Positions 12,613 to 22,590 of a DNA stretch of 64,000 nucleotides are shown in pieces. The notes beneath the pieces are model-generated. The model was given only the letters and a program-made list of their open reading frames with translations, did not search any database and was not told the DNA's origin. Where the stretch lies: the NCBI GenBank assembly GCA_026004495.1, contig BPJG01000001.1, positions 432,527 to 496,526 on the forward strand, written 5' to 3'. The stretch comes from Candidatus Parcubacteria bacterium (GTDB taxonomy: Bacteria > Patescibacteriota > Minisyncoccia > UBA6257 > HR35). Position 1 is the first letter of the stretch; each line of letters starts with the position of its first letter. Both the position numbers and the translations under genes were made by a program.

Positions 12613-13323
12613 TTATTTCCTAACACAAATAGTTAAAGCAGTGTCATCACTCCCCGTATTACAATCACCAGTGCATATTTCTTGAAGAACCCTGCCCGCA
12701 CCTTGACTACCAAAACAATGTTGAGGGTTTCTATATTGCCTTGCATAATCAAAATAGTATCTATTATCTGTAGTTGTTGAAGCTCCTACTGGAGCTTGAC
12801 CTTCTTTATAATATCCAAATTTATTTAAACAAGTATTTACAGGATTTGAAACTAACCAATCAGCAGGGCTACAATTATAAATAGCAATTGAATCTTCTAA
12901 ATTAGCGTAGATTCTAGCTAATTTTACTATACCTCCTCGCTCTGTATCATTATATCGAAATATTACTGAAGTAGCATTTGGTTGAATTTCCATTGATATA
13001 TAACTTTCGCCACCATAATCATTTGGTACCGAAGAATAAATAATACTACCTGAATAGAAAGATGGTCTAATAGAAAATTTAGAAGAGATAGTTGAATTAT
13101 TAAGCCCAGAGTTGACATTATCATAACCAAATTTTAAAAAAGCTGAATCATTATCAGCTGAGATTTTAAATTCTAAATTCCTTAATTGATTAGTGATAAA
13201 TTTAAAACCGTTATTGTATGTTCTGAAAACAGTTTTTAAATTATAACTTTGACTTAGGGCAATGTTTATTATTGTAATAAATACCAAAATTAAATTTAAA
13301 ATTATCAATAATTTTAATTTCAT
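12613..13323 (-). CDS. Secreted Cys-rich protein, paralogue 1 of tandem trio
   Basis: Signal peptide ending ALS-Q; same conserved blocks, ends LTICVRK. Confidence 0.8.
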   Translation of the reverse strand: MKLKLLIILNLILVFITIINIALSQSYNLKTVFRTYNNGFKFITNQLRNLEFKISADNDSAFLKFGYDNVNSGLNNSTISSKFSIRPSFYSGSIIYSSVPNDYGGESYISMEIQPNATSVIFRYNDTERGGIVKLARIYANLEDSIAIYNCSPADWLVSNPVNTCLNKFGYYKEGQAPVGASTTTDNRYYFDYARQYRNPQHCFGSQGAGRVLQEICTGDCNTGSDDTALTICVRK

Positions 13324-13444
13324 TTTTAATTTTATTAAATTTTAATAAATTTTAAGATTATTTTAAAATTATATAAAAAATTCTTTTAAATTCAATAATT
13401 ATTATTGTATATAATTAAATAAAAAATATAAAAAAAATAGAAAA

Positions 13445-14953
13445 ATGGAAATAATTCCTTTAGGTATTTCAAATTTTAGGGGTAGGGATATAAAATTTGG
13501 CATAAAGAGAGATGATAGAAGAAGACATATGTATATTATTGGAAAAACAGGTAGTGGAAAAACGACTCTGTTGGAAAATTTAATTTTCTATGATATTGTT
13601 TCTGGTGAGGGGATGGGGTATTTAGATCCTCACGGTGATAGCATTATGAGGATTTTATCTTATATTCCTAAAGAGAGAATTGAAGATGTAATTTACTTTG
13701 ATCCAGCTGATTTAAATTATCCTATTTCCTTTAATCCTCTAGAGAATGTTAGTTATGAGGCTAGGCATATTGTAGCCTCAAGTATTTTATCTGTAATGAA
13801 AAAAATTTGGGTAGATGCGTGGTCGGCTAGAATGGAATATATTCTTTTAAATACTTTATTAGCTTTATTAGAACATCCTAATTCAACACTATTAGATATT
13901 AATCGCTTATTGGGAGATATTAATTTTAGAAAAAAGATAGTTTCTAATTTAAAAGATCCAGTTGTTAAAAATTTTTGGGATAAAGAATTTGCTAATTATC
14001 ATACTAATTTTAGAACTGAAGCTATTGCGCCAATTCAAAACAAGATAGGTCAATTTATTTCAAGTCCTTTAATAAGAAATATAATTGGCCAAGAGAAAAG
14101 TTCCTTTGATTTAAGAGAGGCAATGGATAGAAAAAAAATATTTTTAGCTAACTTATCTAAGGGAAAATTGGGTGAAGAAAATTCAATGTTATTAGGTGGT
14201 CTTTTAATTACTAAATTTCAATTAACAGCAATGAGTCGAGTTGATGTTCCAGAAGATCAAAGATTAGATTTTTATCTTTATGTTGATGAATTTCAAAATT
14301 TTGCTACCGAATCTTTTGTCAATATTCTTTCTGAAGCGAGAAAATATAGATTAAATTTAATTATAGCCCATCAATATTTAGAGCAAGTACCAGAAAATAT
14401 TATAAAATCTGTTTTCGGTAATGTAGGTAATTTAATTATCTTTCGTTGTGGAAGCTTTGATGCTGAAATTTTTGCTAAAGAATTAATCGATATTCAACCA
14501 TATGAGCTTGTTAATCTGCCAAAATATTACGCTGTTTTTAGATTAGTTGTGGATGGTTTTCAGGTTAGACCATTTATGGGAATAACTTACCCACCTAAAC
14601 CATTGCCTGAGATTGATTATAAAGATGAAATAATTAAAATTTCAAGATTAAAGTTTTGCAGAAATAAAAAGATAATTGAAAATAAAATTTATTCCAAATA
14701 TCAAGAAGCAAGAAATAACAATATGATATTAAAAGAATGTTCTCAATGCCATCAAGAATTTTGGATAGATTCTAAATCTGAAAAAAATATTTGTTATGAA
14801 TGTGAAGAAAAAGGTAAAGAGGGTTTTAGTTTATTAAGTTTAGATTCTAAAAATTTTACAGTTTCAATAAAGAAAAAACCTGATTATTTTATCAAGGAAA
14901 AAAACGATGAGAAAATTGTCGATGATTTATTAAAGAAAATTTTAAATGAATAA
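13445..14953 (+). CDS. VirD4/TraD-like (T4SS coupling/HerA-FtsK clan) ATPase with C-terminal CxxC..CxxC Zn ribbon
   Basis: RRRHMYIIGKTGSGKT Walker A, DPHGD, LYVDEFQNF Walker B, SEARKYRL; CSQC...CYEC. Confidence 0.85.
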   Translation: MEIIPLGISNFRGRDIKFGIKRDDRRRHMYIIGKTGSGKTTLLENLIFYDIVSGEGMGYLDPHGDSIMRILSYIPKERIEDVIYFDPADLNYPISFNPLENVSYEARHIVASSILSVMKKIWVDAWSARMEYILLNTLLALLEHPNSTLLDINRLLGDINFRKKIVSNLKDPVVKNFWDKEFANYHTNFRTEAIAPIQNKIGQFISSPLIRNIIGQEKSSFDLREAMDRKKIFLANLSKGKLGEENSMLLGGLLITKFQLTAMSRVDVPEDQRLDFYLYVDEFQNFATESFVNILSEARKYRLNLIIAHQYLEQVPENIIKSVFGNVGNLIIFRCGSFDAEIFAKELIDIQPYELVNLPKYYAVFRLVVDGFQVRPFMGITYPPKPLPEIDYKDEIIKISRLKFCRNKKIIENKIYSKYQEARNNNMILKECSQCHQEFWIDSKSEKNICYECEEKGKEGFSLLSLDSKNFTVSIKKKPDYFIKEKNDEKIVDDLLKKILNE

Positions 14954-15509
14954 AATTAAATTTAAAAATTTAACCGAAGGAGATATTATTGAAATTGATA
15001 GTAATTTATGGGAAGTTTTAGATTTATCTCATTCTCATTTAGGTAGAGGTGGAGCCAATCTTAGAATTAAACTTAAAAATATAATTAATAATACTACTTT
15101 ATTTAGGAATTTTAATCCCGATGATGAAGCAGTTTTAATTGAAATTACTAAAAAACCAATTAAATTTATCTATAGCAAAAATAACCTCTATTATTTTTTA
15201 GATAATGAAAATGTTAAACACCAATTGAGCGTTGAAATATTAGGCTCTAAAGTTAATTTTATTAAAAAAGATTTAGATATTCAGGGCTTATTTAAAGATA
15301 GTAAACTTATAAATATTGTTTTACCTATAAAAGTTAAATATTTAGTAACCGAAGCACCGCCTGGAATTAAAGGAGATTCTCAAAAAAATAATAATAAATT
15401 GGTTTCAATTGAAACTGGGTATAAATTATCAGTTCCTTTATTTATTGAAAAAGGGGATTATATTATTATTAATACTGAAACAGGTGAATATGTCGAGCGC
15501 TTTAAATAA
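14946..15509 (+). CDS. efp: Elongation factor P
   Basis: HLGRGGA loop, PGIKGDS, ETGYKLSVPLFIEKGD..INTETGEYVER. Confidence 0.95.
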   Translation: MNKIKFKNLTEGDIIEIDSNLWEVLDLSHSHLGRGGANLRIKLKNIINNTTLFRNFNPDDEAVLIEITKKPIKFIYSKNNLYYFLDNENVKHQLSVEILGSKVNFIKKDLDIQGLFKDSKLINIVLPIKVKYLVTEAPPGIKGDSQKNNNKLVSIETGYKLSVPLFIEKGDYIIINTETGEYVERFK

Positions 15510-15513
15510 AATA

Positions 15514-16488
15514 CTAATTTAATCCCAATTTACTCATAATTAAATTTAAGTTATTGTTTGCTATTTTGTTTAATTTAATAGCTGATTGTTTAAAAATTTT
15601 ATTTATTTCTTGATTGGTGATCTTATTTTTTGCTAGTCTAGCTTTTTTAAAATAACTCATAAAAGAATTATAAATTTCTAATTTAAATTCATAATAGCCT
15701 TTATTTTTAAAATTATTTTCAATTTCAGAATAAGTCTTTTTTGTTAAATATTTATAAATAGTCATCAAATTGCTAATACCTGGCTTATGTGAGGGATCGA
15801 ATTTTACTTCGTTATCTGAATCAGTTATTGCTTTTAGTATTTTTTGTTTTATTTCTTTTTCGGGCGCAAAAATTTCTAAACAACCTTCTGGTTCTGATTT
15901 GGACATCTTTTTAGATGGATTTATTAAGCTCATTATTTTAGCAGTTTCATTGGGAATATAAGCTTTGGGTATTTTAAGTTTGGTATTAAATCTTTTATTA
16001 AACTTTCTGACTAATTCTCGGCATAATTCAAGATGTTGTTTTTGATCTTCGCCAACGGGGACTAAATCAACATTATAAATAAGAATATCTGCTGACATTA
16101 ATACAGGATAAAGCAAAATTCCAGATCCTACTCCAGTTTTTTTATACTTTTCGCTTTGTTCCTTAAATTCATGCATTCTCATCAGTTCGCCGACAGAAGC
16201 TACAGTTGATAAAAACCAAAATAAATAAAGATGGGCAGGAATATCAGATTGTTTAAAAATAATTGTTTTTTTAGGATTAATACCTAAGGCTATTAATGAT
16301 TTAACAATATCATAGGTTAAGAAGCTTAATTCTCTGGTTGAATAAGGAACTGTTTGAGCATGAAGATTGGCAATCATTAATAAAACCTGATATCTATTTT
16401 GCATTTCAATAAGTTCTCTAATGACCGAGAGATAATTACCTAAATGTAGCTTACCAGTTGGTTTAATTCCTGTTAGTATTCTTTTCAT
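15514..16488 (-). CDS. trpS: Tryptophanyl-tRNA synthetase
   Basis: TGIKPTGKLHLGNY, YPVLMSADIL, VPVGEDQKQHLE, KMSKS. Confidence 0.97.
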   Translation of the reverse strand: MKRILTGIKPTGKLHLGNYLSVIRELIEMQNRYQVLLMIANLHAQTVPYSTRELSFLTYDIVKSLIALGINPKKTIIFKQSDIPAHLYLFWFLSTVASVGELMRMHEFKEQSEKYKKTGVGSGILLYPVLMSADILIYNVDLVPVGEDQKQHLELCRELVRKFNKRFNTKLKIPKAYIPNETAKIMSLINPSKKMSKSEPEGCLEIFAPEKEIKQKILKAITDSDNEVKFDPSHKPGISNLMTIYKYLTKKTYSEIENNFKNKGYYEFKLEIYNSFMSYFKKARLAKNKITNQEINKIFKQSAIKLNKIANNNLNLIMSKLGLN

Positions 16489-17941
16489 TTTTAATTAATC
16501 TTTTAACCAATAAATTAAATTTTTTACCTCGATCAAATTCATTTTTAAATTTTTCGAAAGAAGATCCTGCTGGAGAAAACAAAATTATATTATGTTTTTT
16601 ATTCTCTTTGGTTAATTCTAAGGCTTTATTAAGGCAATCTCTTAAATCATCAAAAATATTATATTTATCTAAATTATAATTTATTTTATTTAATTCTTTA
16701 ATAATTTTTTGAGAAGCAGTTCCACTTAAAATAATTAAGTTTTGTGGCTCAACTTTTTGCTTAATTGACTTAGCTAATTCTTGAAAATTTAGATTTTTAT
16801 CTTTCCCACCCACTATAAGAATTAAATTATGATTAGCCTGATGAAATCTTTTTATGGCTTCGATTGTGGCTTGAGGAGTAGTGCTAGCCGAATCGTTGAT
16901 AATACTTAAATTATTCCCTTGATAGATAATTTGTTGCCTAAATTCAGGTAGATTTAATTTATTTAAATATTTTTCTAACAAACTCCAGTTTATTTTTATA
17001 TTTTTTTCATAACTATATAAGTAAAGGGCAAGAATTGAATTTAGTAAATTATAGAGATTATGAACACCTAGGTATTTTAGTTTTTTATTAGGCGTTAATT
17101 TAATTAATTGACTTTTATGCTTAATAATTATTTTATCTTTTTGGTAAAAAATACCGTTTAAATTATTACCAATAATTTTTTGAGATACATAAAATGTTTG
17201 ACTTTGAGGTTTAAATTTAAGAAAAAATTTAGTCCAGTCGTTATCATAATTTAAAATCAGAAAATCTTTTTTTGTTTGATTTAAAAAAATTTTTGCTTTA
17301 ATTGAAGCATATTCTTCCATGGTAGCATATCTATCAAGATGATCTTCGTAAAGATTTGTTATAATAGAGATTTTGGGTGCTTTTAATTTTTTTTTATAAA
17401 ATTCCAATTGAAATGAAGATATTTCTAAGACAAATAAATTACTTGGTTCGTCTATCAATTTTAATAAACCCCTTGTTGGCTGATTACCACCTAAAACAAT
17501 GTTTTTATCGAAAAATTTTTTAAATAATTGATATGTTAAAAATGAGGTAGTAGTTTTACCTCTTGTTCCAGTTATGGCAATAATATCAGTATTAACTAAT
17601 TTGAAAAATAAATAACAATCATTAATAATAATTTTGTTTTTTTTCTTAGCACATTTAATGAAATTATTTTTATAACTAATAGCTGGATTTACAACAATTA
17701 TTTCTGCCCAATCAAAATCTTCGTAATTATGACTTCCAAGGGTATATTTAATTTTGTGAGGATATTTATATTTTTCTTTTAAGCGATTTATTATTTTAAT
17801 TTGATTTTTTAATTCATCTATTTTTTTTAAATCAGTAATTCTTATTTTAGATTTGTTTTTAATAAAAAATTCTACATTTGCTAATCCGCCGCCTAAAATT
17901 CCTAAGCCAAAAATTAAGACGTTCTTATTTTTTAATACCAT
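16463..17941 (-). CDS. murD: UDP-MurNAc-L-Ala:D-Glu ligase
   Basis: GLGILGGG, AITGTRGKTTT, LEISSFQL, DHLDRY, NDSASTTP, GGKDK, SPAGSSF..F..RG. Confidence 0.93.
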   Translation of the reverse strand: MVLKNKNVLIFGLGILGGGLANVEFFIKNKSKIRITDLKKIDELKNQIKIINRLKEKYKYPHKIKYTLGSHNYEDFDWAEIIVVNPAISYKNNFIKCAKKKNKIIINDCYLFFKLVNTDIIAITGTRGKTTTSFLTYQLFKKFFDKNIVLGGNQPTRGLLKLIDEPSNLFVLEISSFQLEFYKKKLKAPKISIITNLYEDHLDRYATMEEYASIKAKIFLNQTKKDFLILNYDNDWTKFFLKFKPQSQTFYVSQKIIGNNLNGIFYQKDKIIIKHKSQLIKLTPNKKLKYLGVHNLYNLLNSILALYLYSYEKNIKINWSLLEKYLNKLNLPEFRQQIIYQGNNLSIINDSASTTPQATIEAIKRFHQANHNLILIVGGKDKNLNFQELAKSIKQKVEPQNLIILSGTASQKIIKELNKINYNLDKYNIFDDLRDCLNKALELTKENKKHNIILFSPAGSSFEKFKNEFDRGKKFNLLVKRLIKNEKNTNRN

Positions 17942-18017
17942 CTTTATAATTATAATCTATCTATTATTTAACAATTATTTTTTTAATATAATTTATAAAA
18001 TTTATTCTAAAATTTTA

Positions 18018-18419
18018 ATGTTTAAAGTCTTAGCTCATACAGCAGATATAAAATTTAAAATTGAGGCTAACAATTTTGAGGGTATTATTAAAGATTCTCT
18101 TAGGGCGATTAATTATTATTTATCTCCTAAGTATAAAGACAGAACTAAAAATTTGGAAAAAAATTTTTCAAAAAAGATTGAAAATAAATTTAATGAATTT
18201 TTGATAGATTTTTTAAATGAAATTTTAGCCTTAACATATATTAAAAAAAGAATCTTTAGAATAAGGAAGATTAATCTAAATAACAAAATTTTAAAATTAA
18301 CTTTAGTTGGTTATTCTTATAATTCTTTAGAAAGAGAAATAAAATCTATAACCTATCATCAATCAAAAATATATAAGAAAAATAATAAATATTTTTTTGA
18401 ATTTATAGTTGATGTATAG
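18018..18419 (+). CDS. Archease family protein (RtcB cofactor)
   Basis: From ATG 18018: [11 protein letters not shown]...IKSITYH...FIVDV, the archease HTAD, K.xTYH and C-terminal D-V signatures. The ORF-track start at 17853 overlaps murD. Confidence 0.88.
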   Translation: MFKVLAHTADIKFKIEANNFEGIIKDSLRAINYYLSPKYKDRTKNLEKNFSKKIENKFNEFLIDFLNEILALTYIKKRIFRIRKINLNNKILKLTLVGYSYNSLEREIKSITYHQSKIYKKNNKYFFEFIVDV

Positions 18420-18690
18420 GTTCAACCTCTATTATTTTTATCCATCGTTCTTTTTTGTTAAAACCAAGCTTTCTTTTTGTTTTAAATTTTACTTTGCCAT
18501 AAATTTTTGAATGAATAGTGAAATCCTTTCCCATAAAAGTATTATTACCGGGATAAAATTTAGTTCCTCGTTGACGAACAATTATATCTCCTGGTTTAAC
18601 AATTTCACCGCCAAATTTTTTAATTCCCAATCTTTTACTAATAGAATCTCTGGTTGATTTTGCTGCTCCTGATGCTTTTTTTTCTGCCAT
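18403..18690 (-). CDS. rpmA: 50S ribosomal protein L27
   Basis: [37 protein letters not shown]. Confidence 0.96.
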   Translation of the reverse strand: MAEKKASGAAKSTRDSISKRLGIKKFGGEIVKPGDIIVRQRGTKFYPGNNTFMGKDFTIHSKIYGKVKFKTKRKLGFNKKERWIKIIEVEPIHQL

Positions 18691-18734
18691 GGTTTAGAAA
18701 TATTATAAATTAAAATTTATAAATGTTCAATAAT

Positions 18735-19340
18735 TTAAATATTGTTTAAATAATTTTTTAAAAATGTTTTTCTATGGTAGGAAGAAATGCCGTATTTTAA
18801 GATTGATCTAAAATGATCAGAAGTGCCATAACCTTTATTATGTTTAAAATTATAAAGATTAATTTTTGAATTTAGATTTATCATATATTCATCTCTTAAT
18901 ACTTTAGAAATAATAGAAATTGCACCTAATGAAATCAATAAGCTATCTCCTTTAATTATAAATTTTGTATGTTTTATTTTGTCTTTAATTTTTTTTATTT
19001 CTCTTCCGTCAATTAAAATTAGATTAGGCTTAAAAAGATTATTTAATTCAAAAACTGCTTTCAAAAAACAATTACCGATACCTAATTTATCAACTTTTTT
19101 ATTATTAAATTTTATTATTTTATATTTTATTTTTAATTTTTTTATTTTTTCAAAGATTTCTTTTCTTTTTGAGGAAGATAATTTTTTTGAATCTTTAATA
19201 GGTATTTGTTTTAATTCTTGATATTTATTATAGGTTAATAAAATTCCACCGATAAAAAAAGGTCCAGCTAAACTTCCTCGACCTACTTCATCGATTGCTA
19301 AAATTTTTTTATAACCTTTTTTAAATAATTTATCTTCCAT
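18735..19340 (-). CDS. rnhB: Ribonuclease HII
   Basis: IDEVGRGSLAGP, KDSKKL, IKGD, SKVLRD, NKGYGT..H. Confidence 0.95.
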   Translation of the reverse strand: MEDKLFKKGYKKILAIDEVGRGSLAGPFFIGGILLTYNKYQELKQIPIKDSKKLSSSKRKEIFEKIKKLKIKYKIIKFNNKKVDKLGIGNCFLKAVFELNNLFKPNLILIDGREIKKIKDKIKHTKFIIKGDSLLISLGAISIISKVLRDEYMINLNSKINLYNFKHNKGYGTSDHFRSILKYGISSYHRKTFLKNYLNNI

Positions 19341-19473
19341 AAATAAATCTCAGATAGATATCCTCTAGTTATTGTTAATTAATTATAATTTTATTATTTT
19401 TAATAACCTTTAAAATTATTTTATAAGAATTTTTTTTATTAAAAAATTATTTTTATTTTATAATGTTTTCAAA

Positions 19474-22400
19474 ATGAAATTTACCCATCTTCATGTTCAT
19501 ACTCATTATAGCCTGTTGGATGGATTGGCTAAAATAGATAATTTAGTTAAAAGAGCAAATGAATTAGGCTATGATTCGTTAGCTATTACGGACCATGGCA
19601 ATCTTTATGGAATAATTGAGTTTTATAAAATATGTAAAAAAAATAACATTAAACCAATAATTGGAGTTGAAGCTTATTTAGCTCAAAGAAGAATCACTGA
19701 TAGGGTTCCTAAATTAGATTCTAAAAGTTATCATTTGACGTTATTAGCTAAAAATTATCAAGGATATAAAAATTTAATTAAATTGATTACTTTAGCTCAT
19801 TTAGAGGGTTTTTACTATAAGCCTCGAATAGATAAAGAAATTTTAAGACAGCATAGCGAAGGATTAATTATTCTTTCAGGATGTTTAAATGGAGAAATAC
19901 CAAAGCTTATTTTAAATAATAGATATCAAGAAGCAAAAAATACTGTTTTTGAGTATCTTGATATAGTAGGAAAAGATAATTTTTATTTAGAGATTCAAAA
20001 GCATCCTAATATTCCAGATAGCTTGAAAGTTTATAAAGCATTAATTAAACTTTCAGAAGAAACAAAAGTGCCATTAGTTGCTACCCAAGATGTTCATTAC
20101 GTCTATAAAGAAGATAGAGATATTCATGATATATTTTTAGCTATTCAAACAGGTAAAGATATTGAAGAAAAAGATAGATTAACAATAAAAGATGATTTTT
20201 TCCATCTAAGCAGTCAAGAGGAGATATTTGAACTTTTTAAAGATTTACCAGAAGCAATTGAAAATACTCAAAAAATTGTAGCCTATTGTAATTTAGAAAT
20301 TGAAATGAATAAGATTCATTCTCCAGTTTATCATATACCAAATGGTCTAACTCCTGATGAATATTTGAAAAAAATAACTTTAGCTAAATTAATTGAGAAA
20401 AATAAAAAAAATAAAGAATACGAAGATCGTTTAAATTATGAATTAGAAGTAATTAAAAAAACAGGATTCGCTTCATATTTCTTAATAGTTCAAGATTTCG
20501 TTAATTGGGCAAAGGATAATAATATAAAAGTTGGACCAGGTAGAGGTTCGGCTGCAGGTAGTCTGGTTTCTTATCTTTTAGGTATAACCGAAATAGATCC
20601 TATAAAGTATGATTTAATTTTTGAAAGATTTTTAACCCCAGAAAGAATTAATTTCCCTGATATTGATGTTGATTTTTCTGATATTAAAAGAAATAAAATA
20701 ATTGAGTATTTAAAAAATAGATATGGCCAAGATAAGGTTGCTCAAATTTTAACTTTCGGTAAAATGGGCTCTAGAGCTGCTATTAGAGATGCTGGTAGGG
20801 CTCTAGGTTTACCCTATAGTTTTTGTGATAAGATTGCTAAATTAATTTCTCACCAAGATACTATTGATGAAGCTTTGGAACGTGAAGATTTGTTAAAGAT
20901 TTATCAAGGTGATCAACAAGCTAAAAAACTTTTAGATATTGCTAAAAAATTAGAAGGAACCGTAAGACATGTTTCTGTTCATGCTTCAGGTGTTATTATT
21001 ACTCCATTAAATTTAACCGAATATTTACCACTTCAATATGCTCCGCAAGAAAATTCAATTATCACTCAATATGATATGTATACTATTGAAGAATTGGGAT
21101 TATTAAAATTAGATCTTTTAGGCTTAAGAACTCTTTCAGAAATAGAAACTGCCTTAGATTTAATTAAGCAAAGAAGAAATATTGAAGTAAATTTAGACTC
21201 CGAAAAATTGGATGATCAAAATGTTTATGAAATTTATCGTCATGGAGATACAGTTGGTGTTTTCCAGGTTGAAAGCAAGGGAATGACTGATTATCTTACC
21301 AAACTTAAGCCTAATAATATTAATGATATTAACGCAATGATAGCTTTATATCGACCAGGTCCGATTGAATTAATTCCAACTTATATTAAACGAAAAAATA
21401 AACAGGAACCTATTACTTACTTACATAATTCCCTAGAACCAATATTAAAAGAAACATATGGTATAGCTGTTTATCAGGAACAGTTAATGAAAATAGCTCA
21501 AATTTTAGCTAATTTTAGCCTGAGAGAAGCAGATGTTTTAAGAAAGGCAATAGGTAAAAAAATACCTCATTTGTTAGAAGAGCAGAAAACAAAAATGATC
21601 CAAGGAATGATAAATAATGGTATTGATAAAGAAACTGCCGAAAAAATATGGAGTTGGTATGAACCATTTGCTAGATATGGATTTAATAAAAGTCATAGTA
21701 TTGCTTACTCTATTATATCTTATCAAACTGCTTATCTTAAAAGATACTTCATAATTGAATTTCTAACTTCTTTATTTATTCATGAAGGTAGTGATATTGA
21801 AAGAATTAAAGACCTTTTTGAAGATTGCAAAAAACATAATATTAAAGTTTTACCTCCAGATATTAACGAAAGTTATGAAGATTTTACTATTATTGACAAT
21901 AATACAATAAGATTTGGTTTAGCTTCAATTAAAAATGTGGGTAAAAAGTTAACCCACGAAATTATCGAAGAGAGAAATAAAAATGGTCCTTATAAAACTT
22001 TTTCTAATTTTCTTAATAGAACTAAAAACTCCAAAGATTTAAATAGAAAATCTTTAGAAAGTTTAATAAAAGTTGGTGTTTTTGATAGTTTAATTAAGAG
22101 AGATTTAATTTATTATAATTTAGACACGATAATAGAATTTGTAAACAAAATTAAAAACTTTACTTATACTGGCAATCGTCTTTTTGGTGGTGAAAGTGAA
22201 TTAATTTTAAATAATAAAAAAGAAATATCTATATTTGAAAGATTAAAGTGGGAAAAAGAATTATTAGGTGTATATATATCTGGTCATCCACTAAATTTAA
22301 TAAAAAATAACAATCATAATAAAATTATTGATATTAAAAAATATAAAGAAAATATTAAAGTTAGAATATTAGGAATCATTAATTCAATTAAAAGGATAAT

Positions 22401-22590
22401 AACTAAAAATAATGAAGTGATGGTTTATCTAAATGTTGAAGATCAAACTGATAATATTGAGGTTGTTGTTTTTCCTAATACCTACAAAGAAACAAATATT
22501 TTATGGTCAGAAAATAAAATAATTTCAATTATTGGCGAATATCGTGGTCAGAATAAATTAATAGCTGAAAAAATTAATGAAATTAGATAA
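19474..22590 (+). CDS. dnaE: DNA polymerase III alpha subunit
   Basis: HLHVHTHYSLLDG PHP domain, GPGRGSAAGSLV, PDIDVDF, YGFNKSHS, C-terminal OB fold. Confidence 0.98.
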   Translation: MKFTHLHVHTHYSLLDGLAKIDNLVKRANELGYDSLAITDHGNLYGIIEFYKICKKNNIKPIIGVEAYLAQRRITDRVPKLDSKSYHLTLLAKNYQGYKNLIKLITLAHLEGFYYKPRIDKEILRQHSEGLIILSGCLNGEIPKLILNNRYQEAKNTVFEYLDIVGKDNFYLEIQKHPNIPDSLKVYKALIKLSEETKVPLVATQDVHYVYKEDRDIHDIFLAIQTGKDIEEKDRLTIKDDFFHLSSQEEIFELFKDLPEAIENTQKIVAYCNLEIEMNKIHSPVYHIPNGLTPDEYLKKITLAKLIEKNKKNKEYEDRLNYELEVIKKTGFASYFLIVQDFVNWAKDNNIKVGPGRGSAAGSLVSYLLGITEIDPIKYDLIFERFLTPERINFPDIDVDFSDIKRNKIIEYLKNRYGQDKVAQILTFGKMGSRAAIRDAGRALGLPYSFCDKIAKLISHQDTIDEALEREDLLKIYQGDQQAKKLLDIAKKLEGTVRHVSVHASGVIITPLNLTEYLPLQYAPQENSIITQYDMYTIEELGLLKLDLLGLRTLSEIETALDLIKQRRNIEVNLDSEKLDDQNVYEIYRHGDTVGVFQVESKGMTDYLTKLKPNNINDINAMIALYRPGPIELIPTYIKRKNKQEPITYLHNSLEPILKETYGIAVYQEQLMKIAQILANFSLREADVLRKAIGKKIPHLLEEQKTKMIQGMINNGIDKETAEKIWSWYEPFARYGFNKSHSIAYSIISYQTAYLKRYFIIEFLTSLFIHEGSDIERIKDLFEDCKKHNIKVLPPDINESYEDFTIIDNNTIRFGLASIKNVGKKLTHEIIEERNKNGPYKTFSNFLNRTKNSKDLNRKSLESLIKVGVFDSLIKRDLIYYNLDTIIEFVNKIKNFTYTGNRLFGGESELILNNKKEISIFERLKWEKELLGVYISGHPLNLIKNNNHNKIIDIKKYKENIKVRILGIINSIKRIITKNNEVMVYLNVEDQTDNIEVVVFPNTYKETNILWSENKIISIIGEYRGQNKLIAEKINEIR

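Noticed and set aside
11181-13323. Diversity-generating retroelement or shufflon acting on the three paralogues
   Set aside because: No reverse transcriptase, template repeat, recombinase or inverted cassettes in the window; the paralogues are too divergent for TR/VR pairs. Action in trans cannot be excluded.
13331-13349. Inverted repeat TTTATTAAA-T-TTTAATAAA
   Set aside because: Purely A/T in extremely AT-rich DNA; expected by chance.
17853-18017. N-terminal extension of archease given by the ORF track
   Set aside because: Overlaps murD and its promoter; the family motif begins right after ATG 18018.
953-22590. Inteins or introns in rpoB, rpoC or dnaE
   Set aside because: Lengths are normal to short, and I saw no intein-sized insertions or splice motifs.
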